DNA of 45,954 nucleotides from Candidatus Saccharimonadota bacterium (GTDB lineage Bacteria; Patescibacteriota; Saccharimonadia; Saccharimonadales; CAIOMD01): NCBI GenBank assembly GCA_018062805.1, contig JAGORN010000002.1, positions 1 to 45,954 of the forward strand, read 5' to 3'. Shown piece by piece: positions 37,546 to 45,954 of this stretch (position 1 is its first letter; each line of letters starts with the position of its first letter). The notes under the pieces were generated by a model. It saw only the letters and a program-made list of their open reading frames with translations, ran no database searches and was not told where the DNA came from. The position numbers and the translations under genes were made by a program.

Positions 37546-38439
37546 ATGGAGAAAGTAATTTTATACTACAAATTCTACCCGGTTGAGGCGCCAGATATGG
37601 TAGTGTTATGGCAAAAGGAACTCTGCAAAAGGCTTTCTTTAAAAGGTAGGATCATTGTCAGCAAGCATGGCATAAATGGTACTTTAGGTGGCGAGGTAAC
37701 TCAGCTTAAAGACTATATTAAAGAAATGAACCTAACTTTCTTTAAAGGAATCACTTACAAATGGAGCGATGGCCGAGCCGATGATTTTCCAAGACTTAGC
37801 GTCAAACATCGTCCAGAACTAGTTGCTTTTGGGGCTCCCGATGAAATTAAGGTCAATGAAAAAGGTGTTGTTGGCGCTGGAAAACACTTAAAACCTGCCG
37901 ACTTACATAAATTGGTTGAAGAACGAGGCGATGACGTTGTCTTTTTCGATGGTCGCAATGCCTACGAAGCACAAATTGGTAAGTTTAAAAATGCAGTAAT
38001 ACCTAACGTGAGAACTAGTCATGACTTTATTAAAGACCTTGAAGATCCAAAATATGAAGCTATCAAAGACAAACCGGTTGTAAGCTATTGTACGGGTGGT
38101 ATTCGCTGCGAAGCGCTAAGTGCTCTAATGAAAAATAGAGGTTTTAAAGAGGTCTATCAAATAGACGGTGGCATAGTGAAGTACGGTGAAAAATATGCCG
38201 ATGACGGACTATGGGAAGGCAGTTTATATATTTTCGACAAAAGAATGAACATGACTTTTTCAGACAAAGCTAAAACAATTGGCAAATGCTCGAAGTGTGG
38301 TGGAAAGACCAGTAATTTTGAAAATTGTGCCTATAAACCATGCAACAATTTAGTCTTAATGTGTGAAACTTGTCATGCTAAAGACGACACTTGCAAACCC
38401 GAGTGCCTCGAAAAACTAGCAGTCTATTCAGGAAAATAA
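37546..38439 (+). CDS. trhO: Rhodanese-domain tRNA uridine(34) hydroxylase (UPF0176/YceA family)
   Basis: 297 aa. N-terminal LYYKFYPVE, rhodanese active-site loop YCTGGIRCE and a C-terminal Cys-rich tail. Confidence 0.8.
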   Translation: MEKVILYYKFYPVEAPDMVVLWQKELCKRLSLKGRIIVSKHGINGTLGGEVTQLKDYIKEMNLTFFKGITYKWSDGRADDFPRLSVKHRPELVAFGAPDEIKVNEKGVVGAGKHLKPADLHKLVEERGDDVVFFDGRNAYEAQIGKFKNAVIPNVRTSHDFIKDLEDPKYEAIKDKPVVSYCTGGIRCEALSALMKNRGFKEVYQIDGGIVKYGEKYADDGLWEGSLYIFDKRMNMTFSDKAKTIGKCSKCGGKTSNFENCAYKPCNNLVLMCETCHAKDDTCKPECLEKLAVYSGK

Positions 38440-38966
38440 TGGACTCAACTACTCTAGATGTAATTTTTATTACCGGTGCACCTGGTACGGGCAAGTCAAC
38501 TGTAGCTAGAAATTTACAAGTTAAACTCAAAACTCCTATATTTGAGTTTGGGTGGATACCCGAGTTTCAGGACAAAGGGGATGGGCATCAAATTGGTTAT
38601 ATAGAAGAAGAGAATATCGCATTTGAAAATCTGGTATTGGTTATTAAGAACTACATAAATCATGGTTTTAAAAAAATTATTGTTACTGACTTAGAAGACA
38701 AAAGAATAATACAACTGCCCCAGATTTTTGAAGACTATAAATTTATGATATTTACCTTATTCACAGAAGACGATAGAGTTTTAAAGAGCAGGGTTATGGA
38801 ATCGACTAGATCTAGTGGCTATCGTGACTACCAGTCTGCAATTAAAATAAATAAGTCAATATCAGCTAGAGAAATATTGGCCAATGAAATCAAAATAGAC
38901 GCAACTATTAACGCACCTGATCAAATTGTCAACATAATATTAAAATCTTTAAAAGATTCGAGTTAA
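38439..38966 (+). CDS. P-loop NTPase/kinase-like protein
   Basis: ATG 38439 overlaps the trhO stop (TAATG) and gives [21 protein letters not shown] (Walker A). The ORF-track start at 38391 lies inside trhO. Confidence 0.6.
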   Translation: MDSTTLDVIFITGAPGTGKSTVARNLQVKLKTPIFEFGWIPEFQDKGDGHQIGYIEEENIAFENLVLVIKNYINHGFKKIIVTDLEDKRIIQLPQIFEDYKFMIFTLFTEDDRVLKSRVMESTRSSGYRDYQSAIKINKSISAREILANEIKIDATINAPDQIVNIILKSLKDSS

Positions 38967-39008
38967 GTTATAGAAACTACGTCTAAAATATCAGATAAAC
39001 TTAAGTCT

Positions 39009-40472
39009 TTGCCTCGTGAGCCTGGGGTGTATTTTCATAAAAATAAACAAGGTAAAATAATTTACGTTGGCAAAGCAGCTAACCTAAATAATAGAGTTCG
39101 TCAATATTTTCAAAAAAGTCGTCTAAGGGACCCAAAGACCGACTTACTAGTTAGCGAAGTTAGCGACATTGACTATATTGTGGTTGCTAGTGAAGCAGAG
39201 GCACTTTTTTTAGAAGCTGAACTCATTCGTCGTTACAGGCCAAAGTACAACATTTTACTACGTGACGACAAAAGTCTCACATTTGTTAGAATCAATATCA
39301 AAGACCAAGCACCTACAGTGACTATCACCAGGCGGCCTTTAGATGACGGAGCAGAATACTTTGGGCCTTTTTTAAGCGCCGGACCAGTTCGAAAAAGTCT
39401 TAAGTACCTAAGAAAAATCTTTCCATATTCTACTCACACAAATCTGCCGTCGCGTGGTTGCCTGCAGACTCACCTAGGTCTATGCCCGGGCCCTGAAACA
39501 GCCAGTTATGACAGAAAAGAGTATGTTAGTAATTTGAAAAAATTAACTTGGTATTTAAAAGGTCAACGAAAAAAAGTGGTCGAAGAACTAGAAAAAGAAA
39601 TGAAACAAGCTGCCAGGCAGCAGAACTACGAAAAAGCAGCTAAAATGCGTAACCAACTTAGTGCTTTAAAAAGCCTGAGGGTCCAAATAATTTTCAGTGA
39701 CCGTGAAAATTTGGACCTGTCAAAAGACCATGCTTTATATGAACTAACTCAGCTTTTAGGTCTAAAAAAACCACCAAGAAGAATTGAAGGGTTCGACATA
39801 AGTCACATGAGTGGGACCGACACAGTAGCTAGTATGGTTGTTTTTACTAACGGAGTTAGCGATAAATCATCTTACAGAAAGTTCAAAATGCGCTTAGCCG
39901 GTAATGACGATTTTGCACACATGAATGAGGTACTAAAAAGAAGACTACAACCAAAAAATATAAAAAGCTGGGGGCTGCCAGACCTAATTTTAATCGATGG
40001 CGGCAGGGGTCAGCTAAGTTCAGCCCTAAAAGCTATCGACGAGCTAGGTCATGAAATACCAACTGTTGGGCTGGCCAAAAAGCACGAAGAGATTGTTATT
40101 AAAAAAAACGCTGCCGACATTGAGCTAGACAAAAATTTTTTGCATCAAATACAAGGACTAATAGCTGACGATACAGCCGATTTTATGAATTTAAGCTTGC
40201 CACACTCGACTAACCTTGTTAAGTTACTACAAAGAATAAGAGATGAATCTCATCGTTTTGCGGTCAGCTACCATAGTGTTTTAAAGCAAAATCGTCAAAC
40301 AAAAAGTACTCTAGATGATATTCCAGGCATTGGCCCAGCTACCAAGAAAAAACTTCTAAAACAGTTCGGGTCTAAGCAAAAAGTAAATGAGGCTACTGAG
40401 AAAGAACTAGTGAAAGTGGTTGGCTCTAAAAAAGCGGTTACTTTACACAGGTATCTAAAAGCGTTTAAATAG
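39009..40472 (+). CDS. uvrC: Excinuclease ABC subunit C (short form)
   Basis: GIY-YIG block PGVYFHKNKQGKIIYVGKAANLNNRVRQYF. UVR domain EELEKEMKQAARQQNYEKAAKMRNQL. C-terminal HhH LDDIPGIGPATKKKLLKQFGS. The TTG at 39009 is the first canonical start, but the true start may lie upstream (see findings). Confidence 0.85.
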   Translation: MPREPGVYFHKNKQGKIIYVGKAANLNNRVRQYFQKSRLRDPKTDLLVSEVSDIDYIVVASEAEALFLEAELIRRYRPKYNILLRDDKSLTFVRINIKDQAPTVTITRRPLDDGAEYFGPFLSAGPVRKSLKYLRKIFPYSTHTNLPSRGCLQTHLGLCPGPETASYDRKEYVSNLKKLTWYLKGQRKKVVEELEKEMKQAARQQNYEKAAKMRNQLSALKSLRVQIIFSDRENLDLSKDHALYELTQLLGLKKPPRRIEGFDISHMSGTDTVASMVVFTNGVSDKSSYRKFKMRLAGNDDFAHMNEVLKRRLQPKNIKSWGLPDLILIDGGRGQLSSALKAIDELGHEIPTVGLAKKHEEIVIKKNAADIELDKNFLHQIQGLIADDTADFMNLSLPHSTNLVKLLQRIRDESHRFAVSYHSVLKQNRQTKSTLDDIPGIGPATKKKLLKQFGSKQKVNEATEKELVKVVGSKKAVTLHRYLKAFK

Positions 40473-40476
40473 GTCA

Positions 40477-41646
40477 ATGAGTTTTGACCAAGAATTTTTC
40501 CGAAACAACCGACTTCGTTTAATGATAGAACATCCTGGTAGCCTAATTTTTGTAGCTGCCAATACGCCCATGCAACGCTCAGGCGACTCCTGTTTTCCGT
40601 TCAGACAAGATAGTAACTTTTGGTACTTAACAGGCATAGACGAACCTAACTTATTACTAGTGCTAGATACTATTAAAAATCAAGAAACATTAATTTTAGC
40701 GGAAAAAACAGAAATTGAAGAAATTTTTGACGGTCCAACAAATGTTTTTGAGCTTAATAAAATAAGTGGCATAAAAACCATTATTTCAAGTAAAGACAGC
40801 GAAACGTTATTGAAAAATATTCCATCGGGCCAAAAAGTTTACTTAAACCTAGCAAAAAATAGACCCAATATGGCGGTTAATCCGCATAGGCAAGAAGTAC
40901 AGAAGAAAATTAAGGCTTACAGTAAAAAAATTAGTGATATAAGACCCAGTCTCGACCATCTACGCATGGTCAAGCAGCCGGTTGAAATTGCTGCCATAAA
41001 AAAGGCTTCGGAAGTTACTAAAGAGATTCTAAAGCTTGTTAGTCTAGAAATTGAAAATGGAATAGAGTCAGAGGCGACAGTTTTTAATTTCATAAATTCT
41101 CAACTAGCAAGTCGAGGGCTTACTCATGCTTACGAACCAATTGTAGCGTCTGGTAAAAACAGTCTAACTCTGCACTATATCAAGAATAATTCACTTATTA
41201 ATAGTCGAACAAAAGCTTTGCTCATAGATTGTGGCGTAGAATATAATCACTATTGCGCCGACATTTCTCGGACGTTTACTTTAAATAGTGACAAAACAGC
41301 AACTAAGCTTATAGAAGCGCTAAAAATTACCCAAGCCCGGATTATTGACGCTCTAAAGCCTGGGATGCAGTGGAAAGAACTGCACAAGCTGTCGGAGCAA
41401 ATAATGATCGAAGAGTTGCAGTTTGTTGGCGAAAAAGTAGATAGTCAAACAATTAAGCAATATTACCCCCATGCAATAGGTCATCATTTGGGTCTAGACG
41501 TCCACGATACTGGCGACTATAGGAAGCCACTAACTGAAAATATGGTCGTAACTATTGAGCCAGGCTATTATAATCCCAAAAATGAGTTTGGGATAAGGGT
41601 AGAAGACGATGTTCTTGTAACTTCGAGTGGTGCAGTTATTCTCTGA
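40477..41646 (+). CDS. Xaa-Pro aminopeptidase (M24B family)
   Basis: 389 aa. AMP_N-like N-terminus (FRQDSNFWYLTG) and metal ligands in DCGVEYNHYCADISRTF, HAIGHHLGLDVHD, TIEPGYY and GIRVEDDV. Confidence 0.85.
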   Translation: MSFDQEFFRNNRLRLMIEHPGSLIFVAANTPMQRSGDSCFPFRQDSNFWYLTGIDEPNLLLVLDTIKNQETLILAEKTEIEEIFDGPTNVFELNKISGIKTIISSKDSETLLKNIPSGQKVYLNLAKNRPNMAVNPHRQEVQKKIKAYSKKISDIRPSLDHLRMVKQPVEIAAIKKASEVTKEILKLVSLEIENGIESEATVFNFINSQLASRGLTHAYEPIVASGKNSLTLHYIKNNSLINSRTKALLIDCGVEYNHYCADISRTFTLNSDKTATKLIEALKITQARIIDALKPGMQWKELHKLSEQIMIEELQFVGEKVDSQTIKQYYPHAIGHHLGLDVHDTGDYRKPLTENMVVTIEPGYYNPKNEFGIRVEDDVLVTSSGAVIL

Positions 41647-41702
41647 AATAGTATTATTTTTTAGTTAGCTATAGAACTCAATTTTTAATATAATAATAGG
41701 TA

Positions 41703-42074
41703 ATGAAAAATCAAATATGGCGCTTTTTGTTGCGCTGGCTAGCTAATTTTGTTGGTCTAGCAGTAGTTATTATGACGGGAATTATTTCTTCCGAGCCAAG
41801 TTGGTGGGCGATGCTTTTTGGAGCTTTTTTACTTGGTCTTTTAAACGCTGTCTTGAAACCATTAATGGTAATTTTGACTTTGCCTGCTATAGCTCTTAGT
41901 CTAGGTTTCTTTCTAATCATCATAAATGGCACAATCTTTTATATTGCTGGAAAACTATACTCACCCCTTGAAGCTGATTCTTTTTGGTCGGCAATACTTG
42001 CTGGTTTGGTCATTGGTTTGGTAAACTATATATTGACGTTATTACTGGAGGTTAAAGTTAAAGATCGTGTCTAA
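41703..42074 (+). CDS. Four-TM membrane protein of the phage-holin-4-like family
   Basis: 123 aa. The pattern LLGLLNAVLKPLMVILTLPAIALSLGFFLIIINGTIFY is typical of this widespread chromosomal family. There is no phage context. Confidence 0.6.
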   Translation: MKNQIWRFLLRWLANFVGLAVVIMTGIISSEPSWWAMLFGAFLLGLLNAVLKPLMVILTLPAIALSLGFFLIIINGTIFYIAGKLYSPLEADSFWSAILAGLVIGLVNYILTLLLEVKVKDRV

Positions 42075-42285
42075 TATATTTAATTACATCACTGTTGTAT
42101 CTGCTGTATTAATGATAATTTTTATATTAATGCAGGTTCGAGGAGCTGGTCTTGGTGCTGGTTTTGGCGGTAGTGCTGAAATTAATACTGTTCGTAGAGG
42201 CTCAGAAAAGTCATTATTCCAGCTGACCATTATTACCGCAATTGTATTTGTTTTATCTATAATTCTTGGAATCACCGTAGCGTAG
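42067..42285 (+). CDS. secG: Preprotein translocase subunit SecG
   Basis: 72 aa with a GTG start. Two TM helices flank the Gly-rich loop LMQVRGAGLGAGFGGSAE. Confidence 0.7.
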   Translation: MSNIFNYITVVSAVLMIIFILMQVRGAGLGAGFGGSAEINTVRRGSEKSLFQLTIITAIVFVLSIILGITVA

Positions 42286-42309
42286 GCTAGGGTTGTTTTT
42301 TAAATTTTT

Positions 42310-44082
42310 ATGAAGATTAATTTAACACGGTCTAAATTAAAGCGGAAATATAGAGCTCGAAAAAAATCTGTTAAAGAATTCGGAGCTTCTGCTAATAAAA
42401 ATATTGACCGCCACATATTTAGGCGCTGGACAAACTTGCAGAATGCCAAGAGGTTCATTCTTGGCTGGTTGACATTAGTTGTACTTTTAATAACTGGAGT
42501 AGCCTTACAGACTTCAGCTCTTGGTAAGCATTATCTAGCACCAGCTCCAGTCGACGGCGGGGTTATTGTTGAAGGCATTGAAGGGACGTTTACTAACGGT
42601 AACCCACTATATGCCAATTCAGTTGTCGATAGTTCTGTCGCTAAGCTCGTCTTTTCCTCACTGATGACCTATGACTCAAAGGGTGAACTAACTGGTGACT
42701 TAGCGAAGTCGTGGGAAATGAGTAATAATGGTCAGGTTTTCGTAATCAAGTTAAAGCCTAACACAGGCTGGCACGATGGCCAGAAGTTAACCGCCAATGA
42801 TGTGGTTTACACCTATAAGACTATCCAAAATCCAGACGCAAAATCACCTTTGTATGGTGGTTGGAAGGGCGTAAAAGTTGAAAAAGTTGATTCTAACACC
42901 GTAAAATTTACCCTACCATCACCCTATCCTCCTTTTTTGAACTTACTAACAAATGGCATAGTTCCCGAGCATATACTTTCTAAGAAGCCAGTATCTAGCT
43001 TAAGAGGAGATCAGTACAATACTACTTCACTAGTTGGCTCTGGCCCATTTAAGTTCGAATCTGCAATAGGTAAGTCTAACCAATCTGGCAAAGAAATATC
43101 GTTAGCTGCTAATAAAAATTATTACAATGGTCCACCTAAGTTAGAAGGTTTTTCTATTAAGACATATAATGATCAAAACAAGCTTATTAAAGACTTAAAA
43201 AACAAGAAAATTACAACCGCAGGTGGTCTAGTTTACGGTGACGATAATCTGCCGACAGATAATAGTTACGACTTTGACCAAAATAGCGCCACTATGCTGT
43301 TTTTGAAGACAACAGCGCCGAACTTAAGTGAGGTTAAAGTACGTCAAGCGTTAGCTAAGGGAACTAAAGTTAGCGATTTGTCAGCTAAAACGGGCTTTCA
43401 AACAGTGCCAGTCAAAGGTCCACTACTATCTGAGCATATTGGTTACAACAAAGAATACGACCAGTTTGGGTACTCAAAAGAAGAAGCAGGTAAACTGCTA
43501 GATGAAGCTGGTTGGCTAAAAGTCCCAGATGCAAAATATCGCCAGAAAGACGGAAAAGACTTGGTACTCAAACTTGTCTCAGAGAATAACCAAATTTATC
43601 CTCAAATAGCCACTGAGCTTCAAAAGCAGTGGGCAGAACTCGGCATCAAGCTAGACGTCTCGTTTGTTAGTTCAGAACAAATTACTCAAACATACATACC
43701 CAATCACGAGTACGATGTCTTTTTGTATGGAATTAACATTGGTCCTGATCCAGATGTTTACGCCTATTGGCACTCAAGCCAAGCTGCTACTGGCACCCCT
43801 CGTCTTAATTTATCAGAATATAAATCACCAGTAGCCGATTTAGCACTAGAGTCAGCCCGTTCCAGGTCTGCTGAAGATCTTAGGGCTGCTAAATATAAGC
43901 CGTTTTTAAATGCTTTCAAAAATGATGTTCCTGCTATAGGTTTATACCAACCACGCTATTTATATTTAGCTAGCCAGCCAATTTATGGAATCGAAAATGG
44001 ACGTAGCATTTCTAGTCCCGAGGAACGTTATAATAACGTAACTGAATGGAAAATACACACCAACAGAATGCAAAAAAACTAA
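42310..44082 (+). CDS. Family-5 (peptide/nickel, OppA-like) ABC substrate-binding protein, membrane-anchored
   Basis: 590 aa. Basic N-terminus plus a TM anchor (FILGWLTLVVLLITGVAL). SLMTYDSKGELTGDLAKSWE and WHDGQKLTANDVVYTY blocks of SBP_bac_5. Confidence 0.8.
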   Translation: MKINLTRSKLKRKYRARKKSVKEFGASANKNIDRHIFRRWTNLQNAKRFILGWLTLVVLLITGVALQTSALGKHYLAPAPVDGGVIVEGIEGTFTNGNPLYANSVVDSSVAKLVFSSLMTYDSKGELTGDLAKSWEMSNNGQVFVIKLKPNTGWHDGQKLTANDVVYTYKTIQNPDAKSPLYGGWKGVKVEKVDSNTVKFTLPSPYPPFLNLLTNGIVPEHILSKKPVSSLRGDQYNTTSLVGSGPFKFESAIGKSNQSGKEISLAANKNYYNGPPKLEGFSIKTYNDQNKLIKDLKNKKITTAGGLVYGDDNLPTDNSYDFDQNSATMLFLKTTAPNLSEVKVRQALAKGTKVSDLSAKTGFQTVPVKGPLLSEHIGYNKEYDQFGYSKEEAGKLLDEAGWLKVPDAKYRQKDGKDLVLKLVSENNQIYPQIATELQKQWAELGIKLDVSFVSSEQITQTYIPNHEYDVFLYGINIGPDPDVYAYWHSSQAATGTPRLNLSEYKSPVADLALESARSRSAEDLRAAKYKPFLNAFKNDVPAIGLYQPRYLYLASQPIYGIENGRSISSPEERYNNVTEWKIHTNRMQKN

Positions 44083-44154
44083 CAATTGGTGGTCGGTTCA
44101 AGGTGCTTATGGTATCATTTATACTGTAGTTAATAGGAAATAAACAATTTTGCT

Positions 44155-45786
44155 ATGAATAGGGTGGCCCAATATTTACAACAGCACTTAGACGGTGAAG
44201 TGATGACTTCAGCAGATGCTAGAAACTATTTTTCTACAGACGCTAGTATTTTTAAAGTAGTCCCTCAAATAGTTATTTACCCTAGAAGTGAAGCTGACCT
44301 TAGAAAAATTGCCAAATTTTCTTGGCAACTAGCCGAGAGAGGTAGAAATATTCCGATAACTGCTCGCGGGCTAGGCACTGATTTTAATGGAGCAGCCCTC
44401 GGTTCAGGACTGCTGGTGAATTTCACAGCCCACTTAAATAAACTACTTACGCTAGACCCAAACAAAGGCATTACAACTGTCCAGCCAGGAATAAACTATG
44501 GAGCTTTACAGCAGATTATGATGACTCACGGTCATTATTTTCCATCTGCTCCAAGCTCTGTTGACTATTCAACTATAGGTGGAGCAGTTGCCAATAACGC
44601 CAGTGGTAGGCGGTCAATAAAATATGGCCAAACTAAAGAGTTCGTAAACAGTTTGAGGGTGGTTCTGTCTAATGGTGAAGTTATAGAAACGGGCCTACTG
44701 AATAAAAAAATGCTAAACAAGAAAAAAGGGCTAGCAACCTTGGAGGGTGAAATTTATCGAACTCTAGACTCTATAATTACAGACAATAGTGAATTATTAG
44801 AAAAAACTAAACCTCGTCTGGCTAGCAATAATTCCGGTTATGATATTTGGTCCGTTAAAGACGCAAAAGGCAACTTTGACTTAACTAAACTGCTCGTTGG
44901 CTCTCAGGGAACTTTAGGTATATTATCTGAAATAACCATGGAGGCAGAGCTGTTCAACCCTAATAATTCTTTAGTGATTAGTTTCTTCGATAGTCTAGAT
45001 AAAGTTAGTGAAGCCATAGGTTTAATAAAATCGCTCGAGCCTAGTGCTATTGAAATGATAGATTCTAATTTATTAGATTTTCTTGAAGCCACTAGCCCCA
45101 ATCATTTAAATAAAATAATTAAAAAACCACACCCCAAGGTCATTTTATTGACTGAATTCGACGACCCAAGCTCTAGGCGACAAAAAAAGAAGGTCAAGAA
45201 AATATTTAAAATATTAGAAGGTAAAGCACTAAAAAACATTGTTACTACCGACCAGTTTGACCAAGAAGATTATTGGAAAATGCGTGATTCAGCTGCCGCC
45301 GTAATGTGGCAATCGGTCGACGCTAAAAAACCACTGCCAATAATTGGTGATGCGGTAGTGCCTTCAGAAAAATTTAATGAATATTTGGTACATTTTTATA
45401 GACTTTGTGACGAATTTGGAATAGATAAGTCGGTTTGGGGTCATGCTGGAGATGGTAACATTCAAAATATGCCTAAACTAGATCTATCGCAACTTGGAGA
45501 CAGGCAAAAAATATTTAAATTAATGAACGAGTACTTCAAATTAGTAATGGACTTAGGTGGAAATATTTCTGGGCAATATAACGACGGGCGACTAAAAGGA
45601 CCCTTTATAGAACTAGCTTATGGTACTCAGCTATATGATATTTTCAAAGCCATTAAGCAGCTGTTCGACCCATACGACACTCTAAATCCTGGTGTCAAGA
45701 TCGACGTTAATATGGCTGGTATCCAAAAATTAGTTAGACCAGATTATAACATGGCCCATTTTTACAACTACATGCCCAGAACCTAA
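44155..45786 (+). CDS. FAD-linked oxidase (GlcD / D-lactate dehydrogenase-like family)
   Basis: 543 aa. FAD_binding_4 features (ITARGLGTDFNGAALG, STIGGAVANNASG, GSQGTLGILSE) and a C-terminal LNPGVK motif. Confidence 0.75.
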   Translation: MNRVAQYLQQHLDGEVMTSADARNYFSTDASIFKVVPQIVIYPRSEADLRKIAKFSWQLAERGRNIPITARGLGTDFNGAALGSGLLVNFTAHLNKLLTLDPNKGITTVQPGINYGALQQIMMTHGHYFPSAPSSVDYSTIGGAVANNASGRRSIKYGQTKEFVNSLRVVLSNGEVIETGLLNKKMLNKKKGLATLEGEIYRTLDSIITDNSELLEKTKPRLASNNSGYDIWSVKDAKGNFDLTKLLVGSQGTLGILSEITMEAELFNPNNSLVISFFDSLDKVSEAIGLIKSLEPSAIEMIDSNLLDFLEATSPNHLNKIIKKPHPKVILLTEFDDPSSRRQKKKVKKIFKILEGKALKNIVTTDQFDQEDYWKMRDSAAAVMWQSVDAKKPLPIIGDAVVPSEKFNEYLVHFYRLCDEFGIDKSVWGHAGDGNIQNMPKLDLSQLGDRQKIFKLMNEYFKLVMDLGGNISGQYNDGRLKGPFIELAYGTQLYDIFKAIKQLFDPYDTLNPGVKIDVNMAGIQKLVRPDYNMAHFYNYMPRT

Positions 45787-45802
45787 AATAACTAGAACAC
45801 AT

Positions 45803-45831
45803 TTGGAACCGTGACCAAGTCCTATTATAAT
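45803..45831 (+). promoter_or_regulatory. Sigma70-like promoter for tRNA-Leu
   Basis: TTGGAA (45803-45808), a 17-nt spacer, then TATAAT (45826-45831), about 30 nt upstream of the tRNA 5' end. Confidence 0.6.
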
Positions 45832-45862
45832 TAAGTCTTGAACCTAATAAGTAGCAATTCAA

Positions 45863-45949
45863 GCGCGAGTGGCGGAATTGGTAGACGCGCTACCTTGAGG
45901 TGGTAGTGGCCGTAAGGTTGTGGAGGTTCAAGTCCTCTCTCGCGCACCA
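45863..45949 (+). tRNA. tRNA-Leu (anticodon GAG), CCA encoded
   Basis: Hand-folded cloverleaf. Acceptor GCGCGAG/CTCGCGC, D arm GCG-GAATTGGTAGA-CGC, anticodon stem CTACC/GGTAG with loop TTGAGGT (anticodon GAG). Long variable arm TGGCCGTAAGGTTGT, T arm GGAGG-TTCAAGT-CCTCT, discriminator A, then CCA. Confidence 0.9.
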
Positions 45950-45954
45950 TTTTG

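Noticed and set aside
41703-42074. The holin-family gene as evidence of a prophage.
   Set aside because: No endolysin, capsid, tail, integrase or repeat boundary is nearby. This four-TM family is commonly chromosomal and non-phage.

Overview
The window is gene-dense and moderately AT-rich (judged by eye, not computed). It is mostly + strand housekeeping DNA under the standard genetic code; TGA is a stop, for example at the end of atpG. The gene content points to a reduced, monoderm-type bacterium, possibly Patescibacteria/CPR (Saccharibacteria-like). The clues are FemAB and LysM-CHAP wall enzymes, a membrane-anchored solute-binding protein and shortened repair proteins. This lineage assignment is inference only.

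Recognisable genes, in order:
- metG 3' fragment, tatD, a cysteine desulfurase
- an atpF-H-A-G-D-C cluster with no atpB/atpE next to it
- mnmA, ftsA-like, ruvX, mltG, a LysM-CHAP hydrolase, a FemAB-family transferase
- obg, sbcB, uvrA, an EamA transporter, DedA, an ABC exporter, trhO, a P-loop protein
- uvrC, an M24 aminopeptidase, a holin-family membrane protein, secG, a family-5 solute-binding protein, an FAD-linked oxidase, and tRNA-Leu(GAG)

The most interesting region is 9.0-16.7 kb, a surface-protein island:
- a membrane-anchored beta-helix/lectin-like protein (minus strand)
- four paralogous secreted proteins, two of them a near-identical tandem pair, all ending in a conserved G-x-Y...F strand
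- a DUF916/DUF3324-like (WxL-interacting-protein-like) membrane-anchored protein
- a doubly anchored Ig/PKD protein

The architecture resembles the WxL/Csc cell-surface complexes of Firmicutes and chaperone-type fibre loci, but it lacks the defining WxL and LPXTG motifs. It is my best candidate for an undescribed system.

Other observations:
- a subunit-c-like hairpin fused to an exported protein directly upstream of the atp genes
- two genes whose conserved N-termini extend beyond any canonical start codon (candidate ATT/ATA initiation)
- many genes with a TATAAT box 7-12 nt upstream of the ATG (a leaderless architecture)
- perfect DnaA-box 9-mers upstream of both duplicated surface genes
- an uncharacterised two-gene operon between sbcB and uvrA

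I saw no rRNA, CRISPR array, transposase or integrase.
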